Source of the DNA: Propionivibrio sp.
Lineage (GTDB): Bacteria > Pseudomonadota > Gammaproteobacteria > Burkholderiales > Rhodocyclaceae
Length of the DNA stretch: 64,000 nucleotides
Reading direction: 5' to 3'
Assembly (NCBI GenBank): GCA_031547245.1
Contig: JAVBSG010000008.1
Span: 8,546-72,545 of the forward strand
Under the pieces are notes generated by a model, which saw only the letters and a list, made by a program, of their open reading frames with translations, ran no database searches and was not told where the DNA came from. Below, in pieces: positions 10,801 to 20,115 of this stretch; the first letter of the stretch is position 1; the number at the start of each line of letters is the position of its first letter. The position numbers and the translations under genes are program-made.

Positions 10801-11877
10801 ATGAACAACTCAGAGACTCACATGGCACCTTTTTCAATCGCAGTCATCGGCGTCGGTTGGTTCGGACGCAAGCATATCGAAATTCTTCAGCAGGAACCGG
10901 CTTTGTTCAAGCTGGCCGCTATAGCCGATCCGACTCCAGAAGCAGAAGCGTATGCCGCGGATATCGGCGTGCCGTGCTTCAAGGATTACAGCGAGATGCT
11001 CGACCAGGTTCGCCCGCAGGCGGTCATCATCGCCACGCCCAACATACTGCACGTACCGGCGGGGATTGCCTGTGCCGAGCGTCGTATTCCCATGCTGGTC
11101 GAAAAACCGATAGCCGATTGCATCGAGGCGGCCATGCAACTGGTGGAGACCGCTGAACGCGCCGATGTACCGATGCTGGTGGGGCACCACCGGCGTTATA
11201 ACCCGATCATCGCCAAGGCGCGTGAATTGGTTAGAGGGGGCTTGATCGGGCGCGTTACGGCTGTTTCGGCTCAATGGATGCTGTTGAAGGCGGATGAATA
11301 TTTCACGGCTGTTCACCGGCGCATGCCCGGTGCCGGACCGATCCTGACCAATGCCGTTCATGACATCGACGATCTGCGTTTCATCTGCGGCGACTTGTCC
11401 TGTGTTCAGGCGATGGCCTCGAGTGCCGTTCGCCAGTATGCCGTCGAGGATACGGCGGCCATCATGCTGCGCTTTGCCAATGGCGCCCTGGGAACGCTGA
11501 CTGTTTCGGATACGGCAGTGTCGCCTTGGAGCTGGGAACTGACTTCAGGGGAAAATTCCTTCTATCCGCAATACGATGAGAATTGCTATCTGATTTCCGG
11601 AACGGAGGGGGCGCTAACCGTTCCCAGGCTCGAATTATGGCGCTACGGCGAAAAGAAAGCCTGGCAGGCGCCGCTGCTTCGCGAACGCTTCGATGTCGTC
11701 AAGGAAGATCCGCTTGTCAGGCAAATCCGGCATTTTCACGCTGTCGTTCGTGGTGAGGCCGAACCGATCATTACCGGCCGCGATGCTGTTCAGACGCTGC
11801 AGGCGGTACAGGCCATATTCGAGGCGACGAGAACGGGGTACACCGTCGAGTTCGAACAGGAACACGGGGTGCGATAA
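10801..11877 (+). CDS. Gfo/Idh/MocA-family NAD(P)-dependent oxidoreductase
   Basis: Rossmann GxGxxG (IAVIGVGWFGRKH) at the N-terminus plus the C-terminal alpha/beta domain of the family. Divergent from the MalT-like regulator. Confidence 0.8.
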   Translation: MNNSETHMAPFSIAVIGVGWFGRKHIEILQQEPALFKLAAIADPTPEAEAYAADIGVPCFKDYSEMLDQVRPQAVIIATPNILHVPAGIACAERRIPMLVEKPIADCIEAAMQLVETAERADVPMLVGHHRRYNPIIAKARELVRGGLIGRVTAVSAQWMLLKADEYFTAVHRRMPGAGPILTNAVHDIDDLRFICGDLSCVQAMASSAVRQYAVEDTAAIMLRFANGALGTLTVSDTAVSPWSWELTSGENSFYPQYDENCYLISGTEGALTVPRLELWRYGEKKAWQAPLLRERFDVVKEDPLVRQIRHFHAVVRGEAEPIITGRDAVQTLQAVQAIFEATRTGYTVEFEQEHGVR

Positions 11878-12225
11878 GTGTTGCTCTAGCTGTTTGTTCA
11901 AAACAAGGTATCCGGAGTTTTAGAAATTCCAATTTGCTGGGCGTGAGTCGACGAGAACACCACTTGCTTGTTGTTTAAGCACGGGCACTTCCTGAATGCC
12001 GGGAAGTGCCTATTTTTTATGTTGTCTCCTCCTGCGGAGTGTTTCAACACTAAGAAACTACCGGATAATGTCATATTGACGAAGGCTTTCCCGAGCATAA
12101 TGTCTTGATTTCCCATAGGAGAAGCGCCCGTTTGTTCAGCTTCAGAGCGCCGATTCGTTGCAGCCTTTGACTTGTCCAAGGCGAAGAGGCGATACTCTGC
12201 GACGAATCCTCTTTTTACCTTTGTG

Positions 12226-14865
12226 ATGAAAAGAAAATTGATGCGCATTTCTCTGCGGGTTCTTCTGGGACTGATGGTTGGCCTGCTTGCGGCGATCGCT
12301 TTGGGATTTGCCATCCTCGAACAGCGTGACAGCCGGGATGTTTTGCGTCAGGCGGAACAGATGCAGGCACGCAATCACCCGGTCGACGTCTGTCTGGCGG
12401 TTGTCAACAATTTCATCGCCGAACGCGGGCGTAGTGTGGCGGGAATGCTGGTTGCCAAGCCTATCGACAGTGTGCACCAGGGGTTTCTCGATGAGCGCCG
12501 ACAGGCGGTGGACGAGCATATTGACCAGGTTTTTGCCATGGTGCCCGCCGGTAGCCAGGATAAAGCCAGGGAAGTAAAGCTCCTCTGGGAACAGGTGCTT
12601 GCCATTCGCCCGGAGCTGGATCGGGCTCTTGCATTGCCCCAGGATCAGCGGGATGCCACCTTGGCCGGGCGCTGGCTGGACTCTGCCAACAATTTCGTGG
12701 AAGGCTTGCTAGAGCTGGTATACGTCATGACGGATTATCCCTCGATTGACGATTTTGGCCTGGATTACCTGAATAATCTACGGATCGCCTCGGTTCTTTT
12801 CAGTACGATGGTGACGGCTGAATCGGGCATTTTCCGGGCGAATTCCATGTCCGGCCGGGTTTTCAATCAACAGGAAATCACGGCTCTGCGCGTAATACGC
12901 CATCAGTCGTCGCTTGTTTGGGAAAGACTGATTCAGGGTGCCCAAAGAATCGATAATGCAGCTACGACAGCCGCATTGGAAAGGCTGAAAAACAGCCCGG
13001 TCGATGAATTGCGGGCGCGCCAGGGAGAAATTCTCGAGGCGGCGGAAAAAGGCGGCTTTGTCGCCGATGGCAACAGTCTGCAACGTTATGCCATGGTCTC
13101 GATGGCAGTTGCCAAAGAGGCGGGCGATCTGGGGGACAGCCTTGGCCAGTTGAAGGAAAGATACACCCGGGATCGTGTTGAACAGGCACGCGAGCGTACG
13201 CGCATGGCCTGGCTGGGAATCGCCGCGGCTTTATTGCTGGGTACGCTGTCCTTCGCTGTGCTCGCCAAGCGCGTCGCCGGGCCGCTACGGGCAATTCAAC
13301 AACGCATCGACCTGCTGATCAAGAAACAATCCGGGCACTTCCCTCAGACAACCGTGGCGCCGGAAGGCGACGAACTGGATCGCGTCAACATGGCTTTGCA
13401 ATTGCTCGACGAAGCCATGGACGCTAGAGTACGTAGCGATGAAGCCCTGCTTGCGCATGAGGGGCTCAGCGCCTCGATATTGAGGACGGTGCCGCAAGCT
13501 ATTATCGTTACGAATGCACAGGGCATCATCGTGATGTTCAGTCCGGGCGCCGAGGCCATGCTGGGCTATTCGGCCGCGGAGGTGATTGGTATTCATTCCC
13601 CGTTGTTGTTTCACGATGAAAAAGAAATACAGGAGCGAGCCAGAGAGCTGACTGAAGAATTGGGCGGGACGGTGCAGCCCGATCGGCAGGTTTTTTTTGC
13701 CAAATGCAGTGCGACTGGTCTGCAGGAAGAGCATGAGTGGACTTACATCCGCAAGGATGGTTCACGCTTGACGGTGTTGCTGTCAGTTACTGAAGTCACG
13801 GGATCGCACGGAAATTTCTACGGTTGCGGTGTGGCAACCGATATCACCGAGCGTTCGCAGTTGGCTGCCGAAATGTCCCGCCTCGCCAATTATGACCCAT
13901 TGACGCAGCTTCCCAACCGCCGTTTGTTCCAGGACCGGATAAGCATGGCCATCACCCAGGCGAAACGGGAAAATACTCTGCTTGCGCTGATGGTAATCGA
14001 TATCGACCGTTTCAAGCCTGTAAACGATCAGTATGGCCATTCCGTGGGTGATGTCCTGCTGAAAGCAATTGCCGGACGAATGCATAATTGCCTGCGCGAA
14101 TCCGACACGCTGGCGCGCGTCGGGGGGGATGAATTCGTCGTAATCCTGCCCATGATTGGCAACAGCCATGATGCTGTGGGCGTAGCGAACAAAATCAGGC
14201 AATCGATCAGCCAACCGTTTGATTTGATGGAGGATATTACGGTAAGTGTCGATTGCAGCATCGGCATTGCCATTTACCCGGATCACGGCACGAGCGAGGA
14301 AGTTCTTCTGAAGAACGCCGACAACGCGATGTATGTTGCCAAAGCGCTGGGCCGCGCGCAGGTGCATGTGGCCAATGAGGGCGACGGGCAAGGGGATGGG
14401 GAGGCCAGAAGCGCCACAAGCCGTATTCAACCGACTGACCGGGGAGGACCCATCACAAGTCTCCTTTGGCGGCGTTCATATCAGTGCGGCAACGCCACGA
14501 TTGACCAGGAGCACCGGGAGCTTTTCGATTCTGGTAACGCGATTATCCGCGCCATAGCCAACGGCAGTACTCCGCCGGAAAAATTTCCGGAAACGATGGA
14601 TGCCCTGATAGATTTGGTGATTACGCATTTCAGGAACGAAGAGCACATATTGGCCGAATACGGCTATGGCAAGCTGGAAGAGCATGCTCAGAAACATGAG
14701 CAACTGGTTAAACGGGCGCTCGAAATGCGTAGTATGGCGACAGAGGGTAAGCTATCCCTGGAGGATTTGGTGGCTTTCCTGACCCGAGACATCGTGGCAG
14801 GCCATATGCTGATTGACGATCGTGACTATTTCAGTATGTTGAGGCAGCATGAAGGGCAAAAGTAA
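12226..14865 (+). CDS. Sensor diguanylate cyclase: TM / periplasmic NIT-like helical sensor / TM / PAS / GGDEF / C-terminal bacteriohemerythrin domain
   Basis: Intact GGDEF motif (RVGGDEFVVILP). PAS region IVTNAQGIIVMFSPGAEAMLGYSAAEV. Hemerythrin signature near the C-terminus (IDQEHRELF ... HFRNEEHIL ... EEHAQKHEQL). First ATG at 12226; the listed ORF start at 12172 is a TTG. Confidence 0.8.
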   Translation: MKRKLMRISLRVLLGLMVGLLAAIALGFAILEQRDSRDVLRQAEQMQARNHPVDVCLAVVNNFIAERGRSVAGMLVAKPIDSVHQGFLDERRQAVDEHIDQVFAMVPAGSQDKAREVKLLWEQVLAIRPELDRALALPQDQRDATLAGRWLDSANNFVEGLLELVYVMTDYPSIDDFGLDYLNNLRIASVLFSTMVTAESGIFRANSMSGRVFNQQEITALRVIRHQSSLVWERLIQGAQRIDNAATTAALERLKNSPVDELRARQGEILEAAEKGGFVADGNSLQRYAMVSMAVAKEAGDLGDSLGQLKERYTRDRVEQARERTRMAWLGIAAALLLGTLSFAVLAKRVAGPLRAIQQRIDLLIKKQSGHFPQTTVAPEGDELDRVNMALQLLDEAMDARVRSDEALLAHEGLSASILRTVPQAIIVTNAQGIIVMFSPGAEAMLGYSAAEVIGIHSPLLFHDEKEIQERARELTEELGGTVQPDRQVFFAKCSATGLQEEHEWTYIRKDGSRLTVLLSVTEVTGSHGNFYGCGVATDITERSQLAAEMSRLANYDPLTQLPNRRLFQDRISMAITQAKRENTLLALMVIDIDRFKPVNDQYGHSVGDVLLKAIAGRMHNCLRESDTLARVGGDEFVVILPMIGNSHDAVGVANKIRQSISQPFDLMEDITVSVDCSIGIAIYPDHGTSEEVLLKNADNAMYVAKALGRAQVHVANEGDGQGDGEARSATSRIQPTDRGGPITSLLWRRSYQCGNATIDQEHRELFDSGNAIIRAIANGSTPPEKFPETMDALIDLVITHFRNEEHILAEYGYGKLEEHAQKHEQLVKRALEMRSMATEGKLSLEDLVAFLTRDIVAGHMLIDDRDYFSMLRQHEGQK

Positions 14866-15075
14866 GTCGAAAGAGGGCTCGTGTCCTGAGTTGTTAGTTC
14901 GTTGAATAGTGATTGCTGGAGAGAACGCATGAGACAACTGACGAGGCGGGGGGCAGGCAAGGCGCGAAGCGGAGCCGGGTTGAACACCTGGCGAGCATTC
15001 GCAACGCCGCATGGCGCTTAGCCTCACCAGTTTTCAGCAACGAATTGGTAACTCAGGACATTAGGTATTTCCGTG

Positions 15076-16233
15076 ATGAATCAAGATCAGGCGCAGGAGA
15101 ATTGTTATCAGGAGCAGCTTGTCTGGCAGGAAAAGGGTATTCGACATTCCGCCCGCTGGCGCTCCGAATCCGGGATGCCTTTGCCGCGCCGCGTGGTTGT
15201 TGCCGACGATTCGATGTCGGCCGATGCCGCCTATCGTATGGCGTGCGAAGGGACCGCCTTGCTGTGGCGCGGCGATTTTCAGAACGCACGGCAGCTTCTA
15301 CAGGCCATGGCTCGGCGCTATGACCGCAAGTCTAACCGTTCCGGAAAGCCCGCGCCGGGATATCCGGAAGCCTTTCACCTGAAACGCATGGCTCAGGCGC
15401 AACGTGTGCGTCTTCTCGGAATGGTTTTGATTCCGTTCGAAGCCGAGCATGTGATCCCGTTGCGGCGGGCTCCAGACGTGCAACAGGCTTGCAGGCAAGC
15501 CTACGGTGATGGCGATGGCCCTTATGTTGCTTCGCTTCGCGAGCTTCAGGGGCTGATCGGTGCGCATGAATGGCGCAAGAGAGGCGTCGCCATTGCGGCT
15601 TTGGGCGGGAATATTCATCCGCACTATGGCGTTTTTTCTCCCGTGCGTGGCGAATATGTGGCTTTAGTGGCGGAAACTCCATTGCCTGACAGGTGCAGTC
15701 AGTCTTTCGATGTCGGCACGGGAACCGGAGTTCTCGCGGCAGTGTTGGCCCGGCGCGGCGTTCGTCGCGTCGTTGCGACGGATACGAATGGGAGAGCTCT
15801 GGTCTGCGCCAATGAGAATATAGAGCGGCTTGGCCTGAGCGAGCAGGTTGAAGTAGTCAGGGCGGACCTTTTCCCCGAAGGGCATGCCTCGTTGATTGTC
15901 TGCAATCCGCCGTGGCTCCCCGGCAAATCGGGTTCATTGCTCGAGAGTGCGGTGTACGATCCGGACAGTCGCATGCTGCGCGGTTTTCTGGATGGCCTGG
16001 CGGCGCATCTGGAACCTGGGGGGGAGGGGTGGCTGATTCTCTCAGATCTGGCGGAACACTTGAAACTCCGGTCCAGGGAAACACTGCTCGAATGGATCGG
16101 GAAGGCCGGACTGAAGGTTTTGGGGCGACACGATATGCGGCCAGTGCACGCCAAAGCCTTCGACCCCTCGGATCCGCTGCATGCGGCGCGAGCCGCGGAA
16201 ATAACCTCGCTGTGGCGCCTGGGCGTTTCATGA
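15076..16233 (+). CDS. Class I SAM-dependent methyltransferase with NPPW motif (HemK/PrmC / N6-adenine-type fold) and an uncharacterised ~170 aa N-terminal domain
   Basis: Motif I DVGTGTGVLAAVLA. Motif IV IVCNPPWLP. ATG at 15076; the ORF's first codon at 15073 is GTG. Confidence 0.6.
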   Translation: MNQDQAQENCYQEQLVWQEKGIRHSARWRSESGMPLPRRVVVADDSMSADAAYRMACEGTALLWRGDFQNARQLLQAMARRYDRKSNRSGKPAPGYPEAFHLKRMAQAQRVRLLGMVLIPFEAEHVIPLRRAPDVQQACRQAYGDGDGPYVASLRELQGLIGAHEWRKRGVAIAALGGNIHPHYGVFSPVRGEYVALVAETPLPDRCSQSFDVGTGTGVLAAVLARRGVRRVVATDTNGRALVCANENIERLGLSEQVEVVRADLFPEGHASLIVCNPPWLPGKSGSLLESAVYDPDSRMLRGFLDGLAAHLEPGGEGWLILSDLAEHLKLRSRETLLEWIGKAGLKVLGRHDMRPVHAKAFDPSDPLHAARAAEITSLWRLGVS

Positions 16234-16271
16234 GCGGTTTCCAGCCCGGGTGCGATAAGCAAGATATCTGA

Positions 16272-17081
16272 TCAGGCTTTTGTGTCGTCGTCCCAGTCCG
16301 CTACCCAGAGAGTGTTTCCTGTCCGCTTCCATTTGGGAGCTCCCTTTCGGCCTACCATCCTTAGGTATCCCCAAATAGTCAAAGTCATGGCGAAAATGAA
16401 TATCCCCAACAAGGCGTAAACCCATCGTGGATGCGGACCGGCGAAAACCATGGCGCAGATGAGCAGGGCGTTGAAAGCGATCATCGCCAGAGGAAGAAAG
16501 AACAGCGTAAGAAAATTTTGGAAATAGGACCAGAAAGCCGCCATGTTGCCGCCCAGCGCATAGCGCACGATGCCAAATAGGATCAACGACAGGAAGAATG
16601 TCATGACGCCGCCCGCCGTCAGAAGCGCAATCGATCCGAAACTGAAGTTTGAAAGGCTGTCGCGCTCGCTATCGTAGTAGATGACGTAGATTTCGCCGAT
16701 GATGGGCTCGGCGCCAGAGCCGGTGTTGCCTTCACGGGTGATGACTTCGCCATTGGGCGCGGTAAAACGGATGATGGGCACAAACATCGGGCCGTCGTCA
16801 TCACTGCTCGTTTGCTCACGCACGGTGAAGTCGGTGATTGTCGCCTCGATGCGCTCGCCTTGCGTGAAATTTCTCAGTGATTCGTAAAGCAGGAGTGTGC
16901 CGCCAAATGCCAGTGATCCAATGCTGAAGATGATCAGCCAGACATAGCCTACCGAAACGCAGCCGAGGCGTTGGCCTTTCCCTATGCGTTTGAGTACCCG
17001 GATAGCCGCCCAGAGAGAAAAAAGTACCAGGGCGATCATGACGTAACCGACAGGCTGGATGCGAGAAACGGTTGAGAGCAT
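16272..17081 (-). CDS. DUF3592-like integral membrane protein
   Basis: 269 aa. Two N-terminal TM helices, a beta-rich about 80 aa loop (PIIRFTAPNGEVITREGNTG), three C-terminal TM helices. No catalytic motifs. Confidence 0.5.
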   Translation of the reverse strand: MLSTVSRIQPVGYVMIALVLFSLWAAIRVLKRIGKGQRLGCVSVGYVWLIIFSIGSLAFGGTLLLYESLRNFTQGERIEATITDFTVREQTSSDDDGPMFVPIIRFTAPNGEVITREGNTGSGAEPIIGEIYVIYYDSERDSLSNFSFGSIALLTAGGVMTFFLSLILFGIVRYALGGNMAAFWSYFQNFLTLFFLPLAMIAFNALLICAMVFAGPHPRWVYALLGIFIFAMTLTIWGYLRMVGRKGAPKWKRTGNTLWVADWDDDTKA

Positions 17082-17239
17082 GAGAAGAATCGATGGAGGG
17101 AACTGTTTTGATTGCTATTTTTCAGGGTGGAGAGACTACGCCGAATGACAAAATTATAAAGTAACCCTCATGCATTGGCGCAATGCTGCTTCGTGATCGT
17201 CGTTTCCGGGGAAACGGTTGCCAGCGAAGGTCGGTTACA

Positions 17240-18028
17240 ATGCGAAGCGTTATGGGAACCATGCGTTTTGCTTCTCTGGGCAGCGGTAGCCGGGGAAATT
17301 CACTGATCGTCGATACGGGCGATACGAAATTGCTGCTGGATGGCGGTTTTTCGATGCGGACAATTTTGGGTCGCCTTGCGCGTTTGTCCATTGCTCCGGA
17401 AGACATAGCCGGCATTCTCGTGACCCACGAGCATAGCGACCACATGGCTGGCGTTTACCGGTTCGCCTGCCGCCATGAAATCCCGGTTTATTTGACGCAC
17501 GGGACCCATGCGGCCATACCGCTTGCCGGCAACCTCACTCCCGTGTGCACCCTGATAGATAGCCACGCCGGATTCTGCATCGGCAATGTGGAAGTCACAC
17601 CCTTTCCGGTTCCCCACGATGCGCGCGAGCCAGTCCAATACGTTTTTTCCAATGGCGCACATCGATTGGGCGTTCTTACCGATTGCGGAGTGGCCACCCA
17701 ACATATAGTCAGTGTTCTCAGCGGCTGCCAGGCATTGGTGCTGGAATGCAACCACGATACGAAACTGCTGGCCGATTCAGCCTATCCGGCAATGCTGAAA
17801 CGCAGGATTTCAGGAGACTGGGGGCATTTGAGCAACAAGCAGTGCGCAGAACTATTGCGGCAGTTGGATACGAAAGCATTGCAGCACGTCGTTGCCGCAC
17901 ATCTGAGTGAGCAGAACAACTCGCCGACGCTGGCTGCCAAGGCGCTGGCGGAAGCTTTGAACTGCGAGGAGAAGTGGATTGGCGTGGCGTCGCAGGACGA
18001 AGGGTTCGGCTGGCGTGGCCTGAGTTGA
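17240..18028 (+). CDS. MBL-fold metallo-hydrolase (YycJ/PhnP-like)
   Basis: HEHSDH metal-binding motif. First ATG at 17240; the longer ORF from 17183 lacks an SD. Confidence 0.75.
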   Translation: MRSVMGTMRFASLGSGSRGNSLIVDTGDTKLLLDGGFSMRTILGRLARLSIAPEDIAGILVTHEHSDHMAGVYRFACRHEIPVYLTHGTHAAIPLAGNLTPVCTLIDSHAGFCIGNVEVTPFPVPHDAREPVQYVFSNGAHRLGVLTDCGVATQHIVSVLSGCQALVLECNHDTKLLADSAYPAMLKRRISGDWGHLSNKQCAELLRQLDTKALQHVVAAHLSEQNNSPTLAAKALAEALNCEEKWIGVASQDEGFGWRGLS

Positions 18029-18037
18029 AACGGACGT

Positions 18038-18068
18038 AAAAAAAGCCGGGACAAAACCGGCTTTTTTG
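18038..18068. terminator. Bidirectional rho-independent terminator (AAAAAAGCCGGGACAAAACCGGCTTTTTT)
   Basis: Perfect stem-loop with an A-tract on one side and a T-tract on the other, between the convergent MBL hydrolase and lipoprotein genes. Confidence 0.6.
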
Positions 18069-18081
18069 GAGATGGAAAGAA

Positions 18082-18426
18082 TTACTTCTTTTCTTCAGTC
18101 GCAGGAGCGGCTTCAGCCGGTTTGGCATCCGCTGCGGGGGCGGCGTCGGCCGGCTTAGCATCGGCGGCCGGGGTTTCAGGAGCGGCGTCGGCCGGTTTTG
18201 CATCAGCTGCGGGCGCAGCATCGGCCGGCTTGGCATCGGCAGCAGGTGTCTCAGGAGCGGCATCGGCCGGTTTGGCATCTGCGGGGGCTGGCGCAGCTTC
18301 AGCGGGGGCTGGTGCAGGAGCAGCAGCGGGGGCGGCCGGAGCGGGAGCGGGGGCCGGTTCTTCCTTTTTGCCACAGGCAGTTAACGTCAAAGCAACAAGG
18401 GCGGCAATGAGGAGCGAGTTTTTCAT
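18082..18426 (-). CDS. Ala/Pro-rich repetitive lipoprotein (lipobox LTAC)
   Basis: MKNSLLIAALVALTLTAC signal/lipobox. The rest is low-complexity (ADAKPADAAPETPA)n repeats ending EEKK. Confidence 0.6.
   Translation of the reverse strand: MKNSLLIAALVALTLTACGKKEEPAPAPAPAAPAAAPAPAPAEAAPAPADAKPADAAPETPAADAKPADAAPAADAKPADAAPETPAADAKPADAAPAADAKPAEAAPATEEKK
18115..18300. repeat. Imperfect tandem DNA repeats (about 42- and 75-nt units) encoding the ADAKPADAAP(A/ETP)A peptide repeat
   Basis: Repeated blocks of the form GGCGTCGGCCGG(C/T)TT(A/G)GCATC...GCGGG visible on the + strand. Potential slipped-strand length variation. Confidence 0.55.
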
Positions 18427-18567
18427 CTTCAGTTTTCCTTCACAAATAACGGCAAACGATAGAGCAATACAACGAACGAACAAAAAAACAGTTGACTGAC
18501 AGATACCCTATCAATCAACTCAGGATTTATAGTATAGCAGGATTAACCGGCACTTGAGCCGTAAGGG

Positions 18568-19044
18568 TCAGAGCCCGAGAGTCATGCTACTGAGCGCGAT
18601 GACTCCCCCTTTGAGCATTTCTTCAAAGCGCGAGAAGTAAGGACGGCACTCCGACGAATTGTCGATTATGGCCTTCGACCGGACCTGGTCCTTATGAAAA
18701 CGGATCAATGCATGCTCGTCGTCGACTAGCAACATGGCATCACTAAGCTTGGTGAGCTGCGAATCGCATTCATATACCTCCATTTTTCCCTGGTAGTCGG
18801 CAAACAAGCTTGTCAGGCGTGGGCTGTTTCGACGGAATGGTTCGGGATTTCGCAGGACGATTTGCAGTTTGCTTTGATGTTCGCCAGAAAGAAAGCGTCG
18901 CAGAAAAAATGCGTTTTCTTTCTTTTCCAGCCCGAGTTCGACCAGATCCTCGTCGAAAATACGGATACGCCGGGTCGCCAGTAAGAGAATCTTTTGTAAA
19001 TAACTTCTATGCTCAGCCCAACTGGTGATGAGTTCTGGTTTCAT
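18568..19044 (-). CDS. Hypothetical cytoplasmic protein (158 aa) in a low-GC islet
   Basis: ATG confirmed. No recognisable motif. Local GC is clearly lower than the flanks. Confidence 0.45.
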   Translation of the reverse strand: MKPELITSWAEHRSYLQKILLLATRRIRIFDEDLVELGLEKKENAFFLRRFLSGEHQSKLQIVLRNPEPFRRNSPRLTSLFADYQGKMEVYECDSQLTKLSDAMLLVDDEHALIRFHKDQVRSKAIIDNSSECRPYFSRFEEMLKGGVIALSSMTLGL

Positions 19045-19053
19045 GGTGTATGG

Positions 19054-19509
19054 CTATTGATTGGCGCTCGGTTTGGGAGGGTTGAATCCGCCGAGTTGCT
19101 GCCCGGGTTTGATCCCTTTTTCGGAGAACCAACCCTGATTCATCTCCAGCGCATAGCGTGATGGTCCTTTTGAACAATGACTGTCTTCCGTTTGCGGTTT
19201 CATATCCTCTATGTTCAGGATCTGGCCTTTTCCATCCAAAAACGCCACGGAAAGAGGTATAAGCGTGTTGCGCATCCACATGCAGTGCTGGCCTTCCTCG
19301 GCAAAAACGAAAAGCATCCCATGATTGGCGGGCATGCTTTTGCGCATCATCAGCCCACGTGCCTGGACGGCTTTGTCGATGGCAAGTTCAGCCTCGATGC
19401 GATGGAAACCGGCGGTTAATTCAACGACCGGCAATGGCTTCTGTGCAAAAACCGCACCAGCAAACAAGGATAGAATGACTACGGTTATGGCATGAAAAAA
19501 TCGAGGCAT
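19054..19509 (-). CDS. DUF192 (COG1430) family secreted protein
   Basis: Signal peptide MPRFFHAITVVILSLFAGAVFA. Conserved DUF192-like core (GMLFVF...LSVAFLDGKGQILNIEDM). Confidence 0.6.
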   Translation of the reverse strand: MPRFFHAITVVILSLFAGAVFAQKPLPVVELTAGFHRIEAELAIDKAVQARGLMMRKSMPANHGMLFVFAEEGQHCMWMRNTLIPLSVAFLDGKGQILNIEDMKPQTEDSHCSKGPSRYALEMNQGWFSEKGIKPGQQLGGFNPPKPSANQ

Positions 19510-19565
19510 TTTTGGCTCCATCTGCAAAAAACTAAATAAGAGCATCAGTCGGGTTGGTTATTGCA

Positions 19566-19829
19566 TTACTTCGCGCGTTTTCGGTTGGTGGTTTTCTTTG
19601 CTTTATCAGTATTCTTACGGACGACTGTCGGTTTGTAAGACCTCGCCTTGGAGCTCGGCTGCAGTTTCCTCTGTGCATCTTGTTTGGCCGGTTTGGCAGC
19701 GACTTCCTGTCCATTGGCAACCGAGGCGTTTTCATGCTCGGCGGCCTTGGGCACGGCATGAACGGAAGCATGACCGAACATGAAGAGGGTGACCAGGAAA
19801 CATTGCACGATTATCTTTTTAAAGTTCAT
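19566..19829 (-). CDS. Small secreted Lys-rich basic protein (hypothetical)
   Basis: 87 aa from MNFKK. Signal peptide then a KAKKTTNRKRAK-type basic tail. Same strand and tightly spaced with the two genes above. Confidence 0.4.
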   Translation of the reverse strand: MNFKKIIVQCFLVTLFMFGHASVHAVPKAAEHENASVANGQEVAAKPAKQDAQRKLQPSSKARSYKPTVVRKNTDKAKKTTNRKRAK

Positions 19830-20115
19830 GACTAAAGGCGGCAAATGGTTGTTGGAGGAAAAAAATCAGCGAAAGCCCAATAACGATTCATTTTATTCCA
19901 AACTGAGGTGGCAGGTCTTTTTCGATTTGCATCAGAAGACGATTTATCCCAAGGAGAGCCTGGAAAGATGGGAGCTTGGCCGATAGTTCGATGATAGCGG
20001 CAAACATGGGAAAACTTCAGCACTTTTCGAGGAAAGCATAGAATACACAGAAATTCGTGTCTCCCTGCCACGTAATGAATTTGACATCTTCCTCCGCTTT
20101 TTTCGATTGAGAATA

